Notes: a model not told the origin generated them from the letters alone. A stretch of 38,312 bases of DNA from Puia dinghuensis (GCA_026224995.1 JAMFRX010000349.1:1-38312), one strand, 5' to 3'. Shown: positions 9,250 to 18,573, counted from the first letter of the stretch. A program made the numbers and translations.

Positions 9250-9325
9250 GAGTCTGTTTGGAGTCTGTTAGTCTTTAGCCTTTGGCAGAGTCTGTTTGGA
9301 GTCTGTTAGTCTTTAGCCTTTGGCA
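9250..9325. repeat. Perfect 38-bp tandem duplication (2 copies)
   Basis: GAGTCTGTTTGGAGTCTGTTAGTCTTTAGCCTTTGGCA at 9250-9287 and 9288-9325. Confidence 0.95.
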
Positions 9326-9723
9326 AGATCCGCGATCGTTTTCTTTTCCAGGATCTTGAGATTGGCATCGCGGACCTGGCTCATCACGGTATGCAGGCCA
9401 CAGCTTTTTTCGTCGCAGTTCTTACATCGTTCGTAAAAGTACAGGCTGACACAGGGCAGCAGGGAGATGGGGCCATCCAGCAGTCGCATGACCTGCGCCA
9501 GGGGCACATCCTTTGGGTTTTTGGCAAAATAGTAGCCACCGCCTTTACCCTTTTTACTTTCCAGGATATTGGCATTCTTTAATTCCAGCAGGATATTCTC
9601 CAGGAATTTCAAGGGGATCTTTTTCTTCCGGGCGATCTCGGCGATCAGCACGGGTTCGTCTGTCTCTTTTTCTGCCAGGTACATCAGCGCCTGGAATGCA
9701 TACTGTGTTTTTTTCGAGAGCAT
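9313..9723 (-). CDS. Rrf2 family transcriptional regulator (Cys-containing, probably Fe-S binding)
   Basis: MLSKKTQYA..., FLENILLEL, SKKGKGGGY; C-terminal PC-x7-C-x2-C-x4-C. Confidence 0.92.
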   Translation of the reverse strand: MLSKKTQYAFQALMYLAEKETDEPVLIAEIARKKKIPLKFLENILLELKNANILESKKGKGGGYYFAKNPKDVPLAQVMRLLDGPISLLPCVSLYFYERCKNCDEKSCGLHTVMSQVRDANLKILEKKTIADLAKG

Positions 9724-9739
9724 TTTCTATCCTTAATGA

Positions 9740-10456
9740 TTAAAAGCCTAGCACATCACTCATCCGGAATATGCCTTTTTTACCTGCCAGGAATTCGGCT
9801 GCCAGGACCGCACCGGAGGCGAACCCTTTGCGGCTATGCGCCGTATGGGTGATCGTGATCGTATCTATTCCGGAACTGTAGTCCACGATATGGGTACCAG
9901 GCGCCGGGTCTACCCGCTCGCTAAGTATCTCCAGTTCATCTAAGTTATCACTAATATGATTGACCCATCCTTTTTTTCGCTTAATTTTTTCCAGGACCTG
10001 CTCCGCCAATGTGATAGCTGTCCCGCTGGGCGCATCCTTCTTTTCCGTATGGTGGATCTCCGTTATCCTGGATCCATACTCAGGATGGGGAGCCATCATG
10101 GCCGCAAGGACCTTGTTCAGCTCGAAGAAAAGGTTTACGCCCACACTGAAATTGCTGGCATATAAAAAGGCGCCATTCTTCTGCCGGCAATATTCCCGGA
10201 CCTCTTCCAGTCTGGACAGCCACCCGGTGGAACCGCATACCACCGGTACTCCGGCATCCAGACAGCGAAGGATATTGTAGAAGGCGCTTTCGGGGCCCGT
10301 GAATTCTATGGCGACGTCCGCTTCCCGTAGCTTTTCCACCGTATTGTCTTCCAGGTTATCTACAGATACTTTCAGGACGATGGCATGTCCCTGCGAAACA
10401 GCAATCTCCTCAATGGCCTTTCCCATTTTTCCATAGCCGATGAGCGCGATCTTCAT
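9740..10456 (-). CDS. dapB: 4-hydroxy-tetrahydrodipicolinate reductase
   Basis: GYGKMG, GSTG, ASNFSVG, EIHHTEKKDAPSGTA. Confidence 0.96.
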   Translation of the reverse strand: MKIALIGYGKMGKAIEEIAVSQGHAIVLKVSVDNLEDNTVEKLREADVAIEFTGPESAFYNILRCLDAGVPVVCGSTGWLSRLEEVREYCRQKNGAFLYASNFSVGVNLFFELNKVLAAMMAPHPEYGSRITEIHHTEKKDAPSGTAITLAEQVLEKIKRKKGWVNHISDNLDELEILSERVDPAPGTHIVDYSSGIDTITITHTAHSRKGFASGAVLAAEFLAGKKGIFRMSDVLGF

Positions 10457-10499
10457 AAATAGAGTGAAAATTTGCGCAAAGTTATGACAAAATTCTTTG

Positions 10500-11180
10500 C
10501 TACGGCGCGGGTAATCGCTTGTACCGGGCCTTGTGCCAGTCGAAGACCAGGCTGACGCCCATTCCGGAACCCATGGGGCTTGCCAACGTTACCGCGCCGG
10601 AAGGCTGCTGCAGATTAAAGCTCAGGGAATTGCTGATATCGAAGCCCGCGAGGTGCGCGTCTACCGTGGCATCTACGACGTTCAGTCCCCAGAAGAGCAG
10701 GAAAAAGAGCAGGGAATAGTCCTGGTCTTTTCGGGCCTCGTTCCTGTAGCTGCGCAGCGAGTTGTCGTCGCCGGCGACCACGGCGGGCTGCAGCTGGGGG
10801 ACGATCAGTTTCAGCGAATCGCCGGCAGGGTAGGGCTTTCCCTGGAGCGTATAGATATCCAGCAGGGAGATGGCCCGCTGGGCTTTCTGGTACCAGGATT
10901 TGTTATTGAAATATAAATAGGCCGGGATGCCTACAGCAGCCCAGACGATGGGCGCCTTCCAGTATTTCCGGTTATAGATCTGCCCCAGGCCGGGAAAGAA
11001 GGTAGAGTACAAAGTAGCCTTTTTGGGATCGTGGAATTTGCGGGCCGCCGAATCGACCTTATACGGCTTGTCCTTTGGCTGGGCCTTTTTGATAGCCGGA
11101 ATAGTGTCGTTCTGAGCCGAACAAGCGGCGTGCAAGAAGAAGAAAGGAACGAAGAATAATAAATACCGGATCATCTTCAT
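10500..11180 (-). CDS. DUF5683-like membrane protein
   Basis: PKKATLYS..PGLGQIYNRKYWK and NVVDATVDAHL; lies between parB and dapB, as commonly seen in Bacteroidota. Confidence 0.8.
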   Translation of the reverse strand: MKMIRYLLFFVPFFFLHAACSAQNDTIPAIKKAQPKDKPYKVDSAARKFHDPKKATLYSTFFPGLGQIYNRKYWKAPIVWAAVGIPAYLYFNNKSWYQKAQRAISLLDIYTLQGKPYPAGDSLKLIVPQLQPAVVAGDDNSLRSYRNEARKDQDYSLLFFLLFWGLNVVDATVDAHLAGFDISNSLSFNLQQPSGAVTLASPMGSGMGVSLVFDWHKARYKRLPAP

Positions 11181-11189
11181 TTGGGGATG

Positions 11190-12110
11190 CTAATTTACTG
11201 ATACACCCAGCTGGTCCAGCAATTTGTTCAATTCCTGGAGCGAATAATACTCAATGGAAATGCTGCCTTCTCCCTTCTTATTGTGATTGAGCTTTACCCG
11301 GGTGCTGAAATGCGAGGCTAAGTTATCCTCAATTCTTTTGAATGCTTCGGGCATGGTTGGCTTTACCGAATTTTTAACAGGGGTATTCTCTTTGTACAAC
11401 TTGCGGACAAGCTCTTCGGTCTGCCGCACGGAAAGGCCTTTTTGCTTTATCTCGTTGAAGAGATAGAGCTGCTTGTCGACGGTGTCTACATTTATGAGCG
11501 CGCGGGCATGCCCCATGGACAGCTGATTGCTGCGTACGGCTATCTGGATATCGGGCGGCAGCTTGAGCAGCCGGATATAATTGGCTACGGTGCTCCTTTC
11601 TTTTCCCATCCTTTCGGCCACCTGCTCCTGCGTGTAGTTGATCTCTTCCATCATCCGTTTGTAGCTTAGCGCAATTTCCATCGCGTTCAGGTCTTCCCGC
11701 TGCAGGTTTTCCAGCAGGGCCAGCTCCAGCAACTGCTGGTCATCGGCCTGCCGAACATAGGCGGGGAGGTCCTTGAGGGATGCCAGCTTGGCGGCACGAT
11801 AGCGGCGTTCGCCGGAGATCAGCCGGTATTTTCCGGAAGGCAGCTTCGATACGGTAACGGGCTGAATGATATCATGCAGCCGTATCGAATGCGCCAGTTC
11901 CTGCAGCGCGACTTCATCGAAGTCATGCCGGGGCTGCCGGGGATTGGTCTCTATCTGATCCAGCGGGATGCGCAGCATGTTGGTCACCGCCTCGACGACG
12001 GAAGACTTGAGCTCGCCGGAAGTCGTCTTGAGATCGGCATCTATACTTTGCAGTAAGGACCTGATGCCCTTGCCCAGAGCCTCTTTATCTTTTTTATGTG
12101 GAGTAGTCAT
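11190..12110 (-). CDS. parB: Chromosome partitioning protein ParB/Spo0J
   Basis: ALGKGIRSLL, NPRQPR, ISGERRYRA, ENLQREDL and HTH. Start ATG 12110 preferred over 12149. Confidence 0.95.
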   Translation of the reverse strand: MTTPHKKDKEALGKGIRSLLQSIDADLKTTSGELKSSVVEAVTNMLRIPLDQIETNPRQPRHDFDEVALQELAHSIRLHDIIQPVTVSKLPSGKYRLISGERRYRAAKLASLKDLPAYVRQADDQQLLELALLENLQREDLNAMEIALSYKRMMEEINYTQEQVAERMGKERSTVANYIRLLKLPPDIQIAVRSNQLSMGHARALINVDTVDKQLYLFNEIKQKGLSVRQTEELVRKLYKENTPVKNSVKPTMPEAFKRIEDNLASHFSTRVKLNHNKKGEGSISIEYYSLQELNKLLDQLGVSVN

Positions 12111-12153
12111 GTTCGTGTCGGGCCTTCGGCCCATGAGCCTGTGGCTCATTTTG

Positions 12154-12954
12154 TTATTCTAATATCCGCTCTTCCTGCCTGATCCTGGTCATATTATTCT
12201 TTTGCAGGATCTCCTTGGCCAGGTTAAGGTAGTTCACCGAGCCCTTGCTCAACGCGTCATAGAGGATCACGGGCTTACCCACGCTGGGCGCTTCGCTGAT
12301 CTTTGTGTTCCTGTGGATGATGGTGTTGAAGACGATCTCGTCAAAATGTTTCCTTACCTCGCTGACCACCTGGTTGCATAGCCGCAGCCGGCCGTCATAC
12401 ATGGTCATCAGGATGCCCTCGATAGCCAGCTGCGTATTGAGCCGGCTTTGGACGATCTTGACCGTATTCAGCAGCTTCCCAAGGCCTTCCAGCGCGAAAA
12501 ACTCCGTCTGCACCGGAACGATCACCGAATCAGCAGCCGTAAGCGCATTCACTGTGATGAGACCAAGAGAAGGAGAGCAATCTATGATGATAAAATCATA
12601 TTCGTTTTTTATGGGTTCGAGGATGCCCTTGAGCACGCTTTCCCGGTTGGGGTAATTGATCATCTCGATCTCATAGCCTACCAGATCGATGTGGGAGGGT
12701 ACAACATCCAGATGGGGGATCTCCGACTTAAGGATGACGTCCTTTATGGGGACGTGATTGACCATGCAGTCGTAAAGGCTTTGGGTGACATTGTGCAGGT
12801 CGAAACCTACGCCGGTAGTGCTGTTCGCCTGGGGATCGGCGTCCACCAGCAGCGTTTTAAACTCCAATACGGCAAAGCTGGCCGCCAGGTTGATAGCGGA
12901 AGTGGTCTTGCCAACTCCACCTTTTTGATTTGCAACTCCGATAGTTTTTGCCAT
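12154..12954 (-). CDS. parA: Chromosome partitioning ATPase ParA/Soj
   Basis: [32 protein letters not shown]. Start ATG 12954. Confidence 0.96.
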   Translation of the reverse strand: MAKTIGVANQKGGVGKTTSAINLAASFAVLEFKTLLVDADPQANSTTGVGFDLHNVTQSLYDCMVNHVPIKDVILKSEIPHLDVVPSHIDLVGYEIEMINYPNRESVLKGILEPIKNEYDFIIIDCSPSLGLITVNALTAADSVIVPVQTEFFALEGLGKLLNTVKIVQSRLNTQLAIEGILMTMYDGRLRLCNQVVSEVRKHFDEIVFNTIIHRNTKISEAPSVGKPVILYDALSKGSVNYLNLAKEILQKNNMTRIRQEERILE

Positions 12955-13207
12955 AATATTTTGTCGCGGTGAACCGTGGGTCCGTCCGGCGGTAAAATTG
13001 TCGTCAATCATCAAGACGACAAAATTTAATTTTGCCCATTTTGGGATAAGGGGTTAGCCTTCCCTGACAGGATGGCAAAAATACATTCTTCGACATTAAT
13101 TCTCAGAACTTTCCTATTTTCCCAAAGTTTAGCGCAATTTTGCTCCGGAAAGCGCCGGCCCTGTAAGTGTTCGGGCCGGCGCCGACCTAAAAAAATTTAT
13201 CGTTCAC

Positions 13208-14455
13208 ATGAACAGCCCGAGGTTTATTCTGATCGTAGTTATTGTCGCGTTGTTAATAGATCTCTATGTTTTCCAGGCGATAAAGGCAATTACCCAGGGG
13301 ATGGCGCCCCGTTGGCGAATGATCGTGTTCGGTCTGCATTGGGGTTTGTCGCTCCTGTCGCTGATCACTTTCATAGCCGGGCCTTTTCTTCAATTTCAGA
13401 ACATCCGCATCAATAACTACCTGTTTGCCATTGTCTTTGGCTTCTATATCGCCAAGCTGCTGGCTGTCGTTTTCCTTTTGGTCGACGATATCCGGCGCCT
13501 TATACAGTGGGGGATCGCCCGGATAAGCGCCCCGTCCGGCGGATCAGGGTCAGGGTCAGGGTCGGGGGAAGCTATTTCGCGGTCTGCCTTTCTGAGCTGG
13601 GTTGGAGTGGGGGTTGGATCAAGCGCCTACGCGGCCCTGCTCTATGGCTTCACCAATAAGTACAACTACAAGATCCATCGGGTGAGATTGGCCTTTGACA
13701 ATCTTCCTCCGGCATTCAAAGGGTTGAAAATCATACAATTATCTGATATTCATTCGGGTAGCCTGGCTAATCCCGGCGCAGTAGCCAAGGGTGTGGACAT
13801 GGTCCTTGCCGAAAAGCCCGACCTGATCCTGTTCACCGGCGACCTGGTCAACGACAGGGCTTTCGAAATGAAGGATTATCAGGCGATCTTCAGCCGCCTC
13901 GAAGCACCCATGGGCGTATATTCTTCGCTGGGTAACCATGACTATGGGGATTACGGATGGTGGGAGACGCTGGAACTCAAAAAAGCCAATTTGGACAGGC
14001 TTAAAGAGATAGAAAAACAAATGGGCTGGCAGCTGCTGGTGAATGAGCACGTGGCATTGGAAAGGGGAGGGCAGCAGATCGCCCTCATCGGCGTAGAGAA
14101 CTGGAGCGCCAAGGCCCGGTTCCCCAAATATGGCCGGATGGACCTTGCCTACCCCGGGGCGGAAAAATACCCCTTCAAGATCCTCATGAGCCATGACCCC
14201 AGTCATTGGGATGCTGAAGTCAGGACCCATTATCCCGATATCGACCTGATGCTGTCCGGCCATACCCATGGAATGCAGTTCGGCGTCGAGCTGCCAGGCA
14301 TCAAATGGAGCCCCGTGCAGTGGTTCTACAAGCAGTGGGCGGGGCTGTATGAGGAAGGCCGCCAGAAGCTTTATGTCAACCGGGGCTATGGCTTTATAGG
14401 CTATCCAGGCCGTTTTGGGATACTGCCGGAGATCACCGTAATCGAGCTGGCATAG
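13208..14455 (+). CDS. Membrane-anchored calcineurin-like metallophosphoesterase (YkuE-like)
   Basis: SDIH, TGDLVN, GNHD, SHDP, SGHTHG motifs; N-terminal TM helices; Gly/Ser linker. Confidence 0.92.
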   Translation: MNSPRFILIVVIVALLIDLYVFQAIKAITQGMAPRWRMIVFGLHWGLSLLSLITFIAGPFLQFQNIRINNYLFAIVFGFYIAKLLAVVFLLVDDIRRLIQWGIARISAPSGGSGSGSGSGEAISRSAFLSWVGVGVGSSAYAALLYGFTNKYNYKIHRVRLAFDNLPPAFKGLKIIQLSDIHSGSLANPGAVAKGVDMVLAEKPDLILFTGDLVNDRAFEMKDYQAIFSRLEAPMGVYSSLGNHDYGDYGWWETLELKKANLDRLKEIEKQMGWQLLVNEHVALERGGQQIALIGVENWSAKARFPKYGRMDLAYPGAEKYPFKILMSHDPSHWDAEVRTHYPDIDLMLSGHTHGMQFGVELPGIKWSPVQWFYKQWAGLYEEGRQKLYVNRGYGFIGYPGRFGILPEITVIELA

Positions 14456-14568
14456 GGAATGGTGGGGATATTTTAACACATTTAACGAGTGATTTAAGCT
14501 TTTTAACAAACCGATAAACTATTCAAATGTATTTTCATCCAATGATTAAAGGAACCAAAAAAACAACA

Positions 14569-15213
14569 ATGAAACCGAGCATGAACAAATTGGCTTTAAA
14601 CAAATGGACCGGCATCTTTGCCATTTCGCTTCTGCTGCTGACTGCTTCTGCTGCTCATACGTATGCCCAGTCATCCCTGCAATTGGGACTCAAGGCGGGT
14701 GGGGACTATCTCAAGATCGGCGGCCGGTCATTCGACGGCAAGCACTATGCTGGCTTTAGCGCTGGCGTTTATGGAAAGCTGAACTTCACCAGCAAATGGT
14801 CGCTGCAGCCGGAGCTGGACTATAATCAAACGATCGGCAAGACTTCCGACGATTTCAACCAGATCTATCAGGGCATCAGCGGAACCCTGGTGAACCTGAA
14901 CTATGTCGCCGTCCCCATACTAGTGGTATATAAGCCGGTGCCCGAGCTGTCCCTGCTGCTGGGACCTCAATATGGCTTTCTCGTCACCCAGACCCAGAAC
15001 CTGCTGGCATATCCGCAGAACAATACCAATGCTTTCACTAAGAGCGACTTTTCGCTCGTCTTCGGCGGACAGCTAAATCTTGGCAAAGTGATCCTCGGCC
15101 TCCGTTATACCGCAGGGCTCAACAACATCAGCTATCGCACCACCGATACCTGGCGTCAATATGGGTATCAGTTCTATATCGGCTATCAGCTGAAGGACAT
15201 GAAGCTGAAATAA
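14569..15213 (+). CDS. Outer-membrane beta-barrel (OMP_b-brl_2 / PorT-like porin family) protein
   Basis: Signal peptide; LGLKAG, SLQPELDY, LNYVAVP, GPQYGFL. Start at 14569 or 14581. Confidence 0.8.
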   Translation: MKPSMNKLALNKWTGIFAISLLLLTASAAHTYAQSSLQLGLKAGGDYLKIGGRSFDGKHYAGFSAGVYGKLNFTSKWSLQPELDYNQTIGKTSDDFNQIYQGISGTLVNLNYVAVPILVVYKPVPELSLLLGPQYGFLVTQTQNLLAYPQNNTNAFTKSDFSLVFGGQLNLGKVILGLRYTAGLNNISYRTTDTWRQYGYQFYIGYQLKDMKLK

Positions 15214-15317
15214 TTTTTCTTCTGCAGGGCAGGCGCTGTAGAAGCACACCACTAAATATACTGGCATATAAGTTGAATAATACATGCAATCCATTCCATC
15301 ATTTAAATCAAACCATC

Positions 15318-15905
15318 ATGAAAAGGAACGCATTCGTATTATCCGTATCGCTGGTGCTGGCCATGCTGCATACCCAGGCGCAGGGCTTCCACATCGGTAT
15401 AAAAGCCGGCGCCAACCTGTTTAAGGTGGACGGCGAATCTTTTAGCCAGGAATTTAAGTTTGGTTATAGCGTAGGCGCCTTTTCCGAGATCAACTTTACA
15501 TCCAGCTGGGGTCTTCAGCCGGAGCTCTTGTTCAACCAGACGAACTATCGCACCGGCGGTCAGTTCTCCGACATATACCCCGATGGACTCAACGACGTTA
15601 AAGGTAAACTGAACTATCTCAGCATTCCGGTGTTGCTGAGCTTCCGGCCTATCCCTTTGCTGAGCCTGCAGGCAGGTCCGCAGTTCGGCATCCTGCTCAA
15701 CCAGGACGAACACCTGGTGAACAATGCGCAGAACGCTTTTAAGAAGGGGGATCTGTCTTTCGTAGGTGGTGCGCAGCTGAACCTTGCCAGCATAAAGGTG
15801 GGTGCGCGGTATGTCATTGGGCTCAATAATATCAACGATCTGCCCAATGAGAACAATTGGAAGAACGAGGGATGGCAGATATATGCCGGATTTCGCATCT
15901 TCTAA
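15318..15905 (+). CDS. Outer-membrane beta-barrel (porin family) protein, paralog of the upstream gene
   Basis: IGIKAGAN, LQPELLF, LNYLSIP, GPQFGIL; C-terminal Phe. Start ATG 15318. Confidence 0.85.
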   Translation: MKRNAFVLSVSLVLAMLHTQAQGFHIGIKAGANLFKVDGESFSQEFKFGYSVGAFSEINFTSSWGLQPELLFNQTNYRTGGQFSDIYPDGLNDVKGKLNYLSIPVLLSFRPIPLLSLQAGPQFGILLNQDEHLVNNAQNAFKKGDLSFVGGAQLNLASIKVGARYVIGLNNINDLPNENNWKNEGWQIYAGFRIF

Positions 15906-15924
15906 GCAAAATAAATATGTTATC

Positions 15925-15958
15925 GATAGAACCCCCTGACAAAACAGGGGGTTCTATC
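15925..15958 (+). terminator. Stem-loop downstream of the OMP pair (possible terminator)
   Basis: Perfect 14-bp inverted repeat GATAGAACCCCCTG-ACAAAA-CAGGGGGTTCTATC; weak U-tract. Confidence 0.55.
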
Positions 15959-16064
15959 ATTATGGCACTCCTTTTGGCCTATATATAATTCCTCCATAAA
16001 ACAGTAGGATATCTCCGTTACAGGTGCTATTTTGTCAGAGAATTCCTATCTAAAATATCAGAAA

Positions 16065-18464
16065 TTGAAAGAGAACTTATTCATGCGTGCGGAAGATGAT
16101 CTGGACTTCATGCCCATCATACCCTTGAACGAGACCGATAATGAAGGTTTGAACGATATCGAGATACCCAAAGAGCTACCCGTGCTACCTTTACGCAATA
16201 CGGTGCTTTTTCCCGGTGTGGTCCTGCCGATAACCGTCGGCCGTGACAAGAGCATCAAAGCAGTGAGCGACGCATACAAGGCAGACAAGCTCATAGGGGT
16301 GCTGGCGCAAAAGGACAGCACGATAGAGGATCCAACCGTTACCGATCTGGAAGATGTAGGAACCGTTGCCCGTATCATCAAGCTGATCAAGATGCCTGAT
16401 GGCGGAACGACGGTCATCCTGCAGGGCAAACGGCGGTTTAAGGTGGGGGCCATTACGGCCGAAGATCCTTATTTCAAGGCCCAGGTAGTGCTCCTCCAGG
16501 AAGAGGAGGCGCCGAAAGAGCAGGATTTCGAAGCCTATGTATCCAACATAAAGGATCTGGCCGCGCAGATCATCCAGCTGTCACCGAACATCCCTTCCGA
16601 GGCCTCGATCATCCTCAAGAATATCGAGAACCCGAGCTTCCTGATCCACTTTATCTCCAGCAACCTGAACACGGAATTGCACGAGAAGCAGCAGCTGCTG
16701 GAGATACACCATATAAAGTCGCGCGCCGACCTGCTGATGCAGCTGCTTCAGCGGGAGCTGCAGTTTGCCGAGCTAAAGAACAAGCTGACCAATAAAACGA
16801 AGACCGAGCTGGACAAGCAGCAAAGGGAATATTTCCTGCAGCAGCAGCTCAAGAGCATCAAGGATGAATTGGGCGGCGACAGCAACGAGCGGGAAGTAAG
16901 AGAGATGCAGAAGAAAGCCGAGAGCAAGAAATGGCCAACGGCCGCCCGCGACCTTTTTCGTAAGGGAATAGAACGTCTGGAGCGGATGCATCCCAGCACT
17001 CCGGATTACTCTGTCGTCTATAACCATCTGGACCTGATGCTGGAGCTTCCCTGGGAAGATTATACCGCAGACTCCTACGATCTTAAAAAGGCCAAGAAGA
17101 TACTCGACCATGACCATTACGGCATGGATAAGGTAAAGGAACGGATATTGGAATACCTGGCCGTGCTGAAGCTCAAGGGCGATATGAAGAGCCCAATCCT
17201 CTGCTTCCTGGGCCCTCCCGGGATCGGCAAGACCTCTTTGGGACGCAGCATCGCTAATGCCATCGGCCGCAAGTATGTGCGTCTCGCCCTGGGCGGGCTC
17301 CACGACGAGGGCGAGATCCGCGGACACCGTAAGACGTATATCGGCGCAATGCCCGGAAGGATACTGCAGTCCCTGCGAAAGATAAAGACTTCCAACCCGG
17401 TGATGATCCTCGATGAGATCGACAAGACCGGCAGCGATTTCCGGGGCGACCCTTCCTCCGCCCTGCTGGAGGTGCTGGACCCTGAACAGAATCATACTTT
17501 CTACGATAATTACCTGGAGCTGGAATATGACCTGAGCAAGGTGCTCTTCGTGGCTACGGCCAACGACATCAACGCTATCCAGCCGGCATTGCGTGATAGG
17601 CTGGAAATCATTGATTTAAGCGGCTATGCCGTAGAAGAGAAAGTAGAGATAGCCCGCCGTCACCTGGTTCCCAAGCAAAAAGATCTGCACGGACTGAAGC
17701 CTATGAACTTCAAGATCGGCGACAAGGTGCTGGAGAAAGTGATCCAGGATTATACCCGGGAAAGCGGGGTTCGCGAGCTGGATCGCCAACTGGCATCCAT
17801 CATGCGCTACCAGGCGAAAGAATATGCGATGAAGGGCCGCCTGAAGGCGCAGCTCACGCAGGCCGATATAGAAAAAGTATTGGGGAAATCCAGGTACAGC
17901 AACGACCTGTATAAGGTAGCCAACATGCCGGGAGTAGCCGTAGGACTGGCCTGGACCTATGTTGGCGGCGACATCCTCTTCGTGGAGACTTCGCTCAGCG
18001 ACGGCAAAGGCGATCTCAAGCTCACGGGCAACCTGGGCAATGTCATGAAGGAAAGCGCGGCTACCGCCCTTACCTACCTGCAGTCGAACGCCCGCAAATA
18101 CGATATCGATCCCGAGATCTTCAACAAGAAAACCGTCCATGTGCATGTTCCGGAAGGCGCCGTTCCCAAGGACGGTCCCAGCGCCGGGGTCACGATGATG
18201 AGCTCGATAGCCTCTGCCCTTACCGGCAAGCGGGTCAAGCCCTATCTCGCGATGACCGGGGAGATCACCTTGCGGGGACAGGTGCTGCCTGTCGGCGGTA
18301 TCAAGGAAAAGATCCTGGCGGCAAGACGCGCCGGGCTCAAAGAGGTCATCCTCTGCTGGCAGAACGAAAAAGACGTACAGGAGATCGATTCTTCGTTCAT
18401 CAAGGGGCTAAAATTCAATTTTGTTAAGACGATGCAGCAGGTGCTCGAGCTGGGCCTGGTGTGA
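16065..18464 (+). CDS. lon: ATP-dependent Lon protease (endopeptidase La)
   Basis: LPLRNTVLFP N-domain, Walker A GPPGIGKT, Walker B ILDEIDK, catalytic KDGPSAG. Start uncertain (TTG 16032, TTG 16065 or ATG 16083). Confidence 0.96.
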   Translation: MKENLFMRAEDDLDFMPIIPLNETDNEGLNDIEIPKELPVLPLRNTVLFPGVVLPITVGRDKSIKAVSDAYKADKLIGVLAQKDSTIEDPTVTDLEDVGTVARIIKLIKMPDGGTTVILQGKRRFKVGAITAEDPYFKAQVVLLQEEEAPKEQDFEAYVSNIKDLAAQIIQLSPNIPSEASIILKNIENPSFLIHFISSNLNTELHEKQQLLEIHHIKSRADLLMQLLQRELQFAELKNKLTNKTKTELDKQQREYFLQQQLKSIKDELGGDSNEREVREMQKKAESKKWPTAARDLFRKGIERLERMHPSTPDYSVVYNHLDLMLELPWEDYTADSYDLKKAKKILDHDHYGMDKVKERILEYLAVLKLKGDMKSPILCFLGPPGIGKTSLGRSIANAIGRKYVRLALGGLHDEGEIRGHRKTYIGAMPGRILQSLRKIKTSNPVMILDEIDKTGSDFRGDPSSALLEVLDPEQNHTFYDNYLELEYDLSKVLFVATANDINAIQPALRDRLEIIDLSGYAVEEKVEIARRHLVPKQKDLHGLKPMNFKIGDKVLEKVIQDYTRESGVRELDRQLASIMRYQAKEYAMKGRLKAQLTQADIEKVLGKSRYSNDLYKVANMPGVAVGLAWTYVGGDILFVETSLSDGKGDLKLTGNLGNVMKESAATALTYLQSNARKYDIDPEIFNKKTVHVHVPEGAVPKDGPSAGVTMMSSIASALTGKRVKPYLAMTGEITLRGQVLPVGGIKEKILAARRAGLKEVILCWQNEKDVQEIDSSFIKGLKFNFVKTMQQVLELGLV

Positions 18465-18544
18465 TATTGGCAATTTATTATGAACAATCCAATGCGGTGA
18501 TCTGTTGATATTACAGATTTTCATGTTGGTTGTTTTAAGGGTTG

Positions 18545-18573
18545 GGGCCTGACGCATGCGTCAGGCCCTTTTT
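18545..18573 (+). terminator. Intrinsic terminator downstream of lon
   Basis: Perfect 24-bp palindrome GGGCCTGACGCATGCGTCAGGCCC followed by TTTTT. Confidence 0.85.

Noticed and set aside
9250-9325. Possible mini-CRISPR array (repeat of CRISPR-like length)
   Set aside because: The two 38-bp copies are directly adjacent with no spacer, no cas genes are present, and the repeat includes a gene 3' end.
11190-12954. parAB as evidence of a plasmid or prophage
   Set aside because: Soj/Spo0J-type sequences embedded with DUF5683 and dapB indicate the chromosomal locus.
13543-13566. (TCAGGG)n hexamer repeat in the metallophosphoesterase gene as a phase-variation tract
   Set aside because: The unit is a multiple of 3 and encodes a Gly-Ser linker, so slippage would not shift the frame.
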